This document shows, one piece after another, positions 62,781 through 64,000 of a stretch of 64,000 nt of DNA (position 1 is its first letter; the number at the start of each line of letters is the position of its first letter). The position numbers and the translations under genes are program-made. The stretch comes from Acidimicrobiia bacterium (GTDB taxonomy: Bacteria; Actinomycetota; Acidimicrobiia; Spongiisociales; ZC4RG35), in contig JANQOU010000008.1 of the NCBI GenBank assembly GCA_028285585.1, positions 116,298 to 180,297 of the forward strand, in the 5' to 3' direction. The notes under the pieces are model-generated. The model did no database searches. It had not been told where the DNA came from and saw only the letters and a list, made by a program, of their open reading frames with translations.

Positions 62781-63418
62781 GCATCGACACTGCTCCTAAG
62801 CCAGTCCGCGAACCGCGACCTCGGCGATGGGCCTTGCCCGTGCTGGGCGCTGCGCTGGGTGTAGTGCTGGCTATCGCCGTGCTCTCCGTGTTTCGCCCTC
62901 ACGTGTTCTCAGGTGTCGTGTTGCAATCTTCGGATCCGGCACCATCCATGGAGCCCCTGGCCTATACCGACGGGGAGCCCGTGGACATAGCCGCACTCCA
63001 GGGCAACGTGGTGTTCGTCCACTTCGGCTTCACCTACTGCCCGGATGTCTGCCCGTTGACGATGGCCACCGTGAGCAGGGCGATCGACTCGTTGGAGCCC
63101 GACGACGCGCAGAGAGTCGAAACCATCATGGTGACGGTCGACCCGCACCGTGACTCGCCGGCAGCTCTCAACGACTACCTGGCGAACTTCGACGCCCGAT
63201 TCCGCGGAGTGTGGGGCGAAGAGGGCGATGTCCGTTCGGTAGCGACCCGGTACGGCGTCACTTTCGAGTACGGCGAAGAAAACGCCGACGGGCAGTACGA
63301 CGTCATCCACACTGCCTCACTGATGGTCATCGACCCCGACGGTGCTCTTCGCATCGTCTATCCGTTCGGAGTCACTCCCGAAGAGTTGAGCGCAGACCTC
63401 CGGCAGCTGCTGAACTGA
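62777..63418 (+). CDS. SCO1/SenC family copper chaperone
   Basis: TM anchor, FVHFGFTYCPDVCP (CxxxC), downstream conserved His (VIHTAS). Confidence 0.9.
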   Translation: MSIDTAPKPVREPRPRRWALPVLGAALGVVLAIAVLSVFRPHVFSGVVLQSSDPAPSMEPLAYTDGEPVDIAALQGNVVFVHFGFTYCPDVCPLTMATVSRAIDSLEPDDAQRVETIMVTVDPHRDSPAALNDYLANFDARFRGVWGEEGDVRSVATRYGVTFEYGEENADGQYDVIHTASLMVIDPDGALRIVYPFGVTPEELSADLRQLLN

Positions 63419-63469
63419 GGCGAGTAACGCAGCACCGTTGACGACGTCCGAACCGGACCTGGCCAAGGC

Positions 63470-63787
63470 CTAAGAAACGGCCTCACCTCGAGAGTGAGGG
63501 CGAATCCGGCGGACCTCATCGCCCTCGTCCTGTTGGGCGTAGTACAGGTCCCATCGCATTTGACCGTTCATCCAGAAGCCACTCGAAGTGCCAAAGTACT
63601 GCGAGAGTCGCAATGCGGTGCTCGGTGTCATCCCGCGGCGCCCGTTGACGATCTCGTTGACCCTCTGATACGGCACACCAATGCCATTCGCCAGCTCCCG
63701 CTGAGTTATCCCCAAGGGTATGAGGAACTCTTCAAGCAACATCTCACCTGGGTGAGTAGGGACTCGGTTGGCAGGAACACGGACCAT
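63470..63787 (-). CDS. higA: HigA-family antitoxin (XRE HTH)
   Basis: HPGEMLLEEFL...GITQRELANGIGVPYQRVNEIVNGRRGMT typical HigA. Confidence 0.85.
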   Translation of the reverse strand: MVRVPANRVPTHPGEMLLEEFLIPLGITQRELANGIGVPYQRVNEIVNGRRGMTPSTALRLSQYFGTSSGFWMNGQMRWDLYYAQQDEGDEVRRIRPHSRGEAVS

Positions 63788-63795
63788 GTTTCTCC

Positions 63796-64000
63796 TCAGT
63801 GATAGTCGACCACTTCAACATCGACCGGACCCGAATCCGTCCAATAGAAACAGATCCGATACTGAACATTGATCCGAATGCTGTGCTGACCGCTGCGATC
63901 TCCCCGAAGGGCCTCCAGTTGGTTCCCAGGAGGTACCCGCAAGTCATCGAAGATCTCGGCCTGATCGAGCGCATCGAGCTTCCTCGCAGTCACCTTCCAC
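63796..64000 (-). CDS. higB: HigB/RelE-type toxin (5' end beyond window end)
   Basis: ...NQLEALRGDRSGQHSIRINVQYRICFYWTDSGPVDVEVVDYH is a typical HigB C-terminus; the frame is open to the window edge. Confidence 0.75.
   Translation of the reverse strand, partial: WKVTARKLDALDQAEIFDDLRVPPGNQLEALRGDRSGQHSIRINVQYRICFYWTDSGPVDVEVVDYH

Noticed and set aside
1-64000. CRISPR arrays, tRNA/rRNA genes, IS elements, integrases
   Set aside because: No regularly spaced direct repeats, no tRNA-like or rRNA-like segments in intergenic regions, and no transposase or integrase-like ORFs were seen. Intergenic regions are short apart from those discussed.

Overview
High-GC, actinobacterial-looking chromosomal window (split cytochrome b6/subunit IV and a ba3 oxidase suggest Acidimicrobiia, not proven). 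It is densely coding, mostly in translationally coupled operons. I saw no rRNA, tRNA, CRISPR array or IS element.

Left to right:
1. 1-3.7 kb: a xanthine-dehydrogenase-family molybdoenzyme operon. Its large subunit is missing from the ORF track (GTG start, runs off the window).
2. 3.8-14 kb: an accessory catabolic block with GntR, a hydrolase, an M20 peptidase, an AAA ATPase, two bicupins, two MFS transporters and a divergent PEPCK-like kinase. A recurring GTATAC-type operator motif links these units.
3. 14-23 kb: one long operon running CDF transporter, peptide/nickel-type ABC importer, two cupins, a zincin-like protein.
4. 23.7-33 kb: an ion-stress block with a Mrp antiporter of non-canonical gene order, a wHTH regulator, a tandem Usp and an RCK-gated CPA2 antiporter. 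Twin promoter-operator modules and a structured leader sit in this block.
5. 33-39.4 kb: a visibly lower-GC islet. It holds bioY convergent with a signal-less streptavidin homologue, an ECF sigma/anti-sigma pair, a papain-fold (protein-glutaminase-like) protein whose N-domain recurs as a stand-alone ORF, an orphan 349-aa protein and a DUF3892 protein. Four of these genes share an upstream ACAAATAG motif.
6. 39.6-50 kb: a TetR module and a LacI-controlled sugar locus.
7. 50-63.4 kb: a respiratory island with PCuAC, a Rieske/cyt b6-type complex carrying a GltD-like flavoprotein, a ba3 oxidase plus an unlisted subunit IIa, a 720-aa cyt b / 2x[4Fe-4S] / MvhD / cyt c fusion, and two SCO proteins.
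8. Right edge: a HigBA pair.

Best novelty candidates are the fusion protein in the ba3 operon, the flavoprotein-containing Rieske/cyt b operon, and the avidin / ECF / papain-fold islet.
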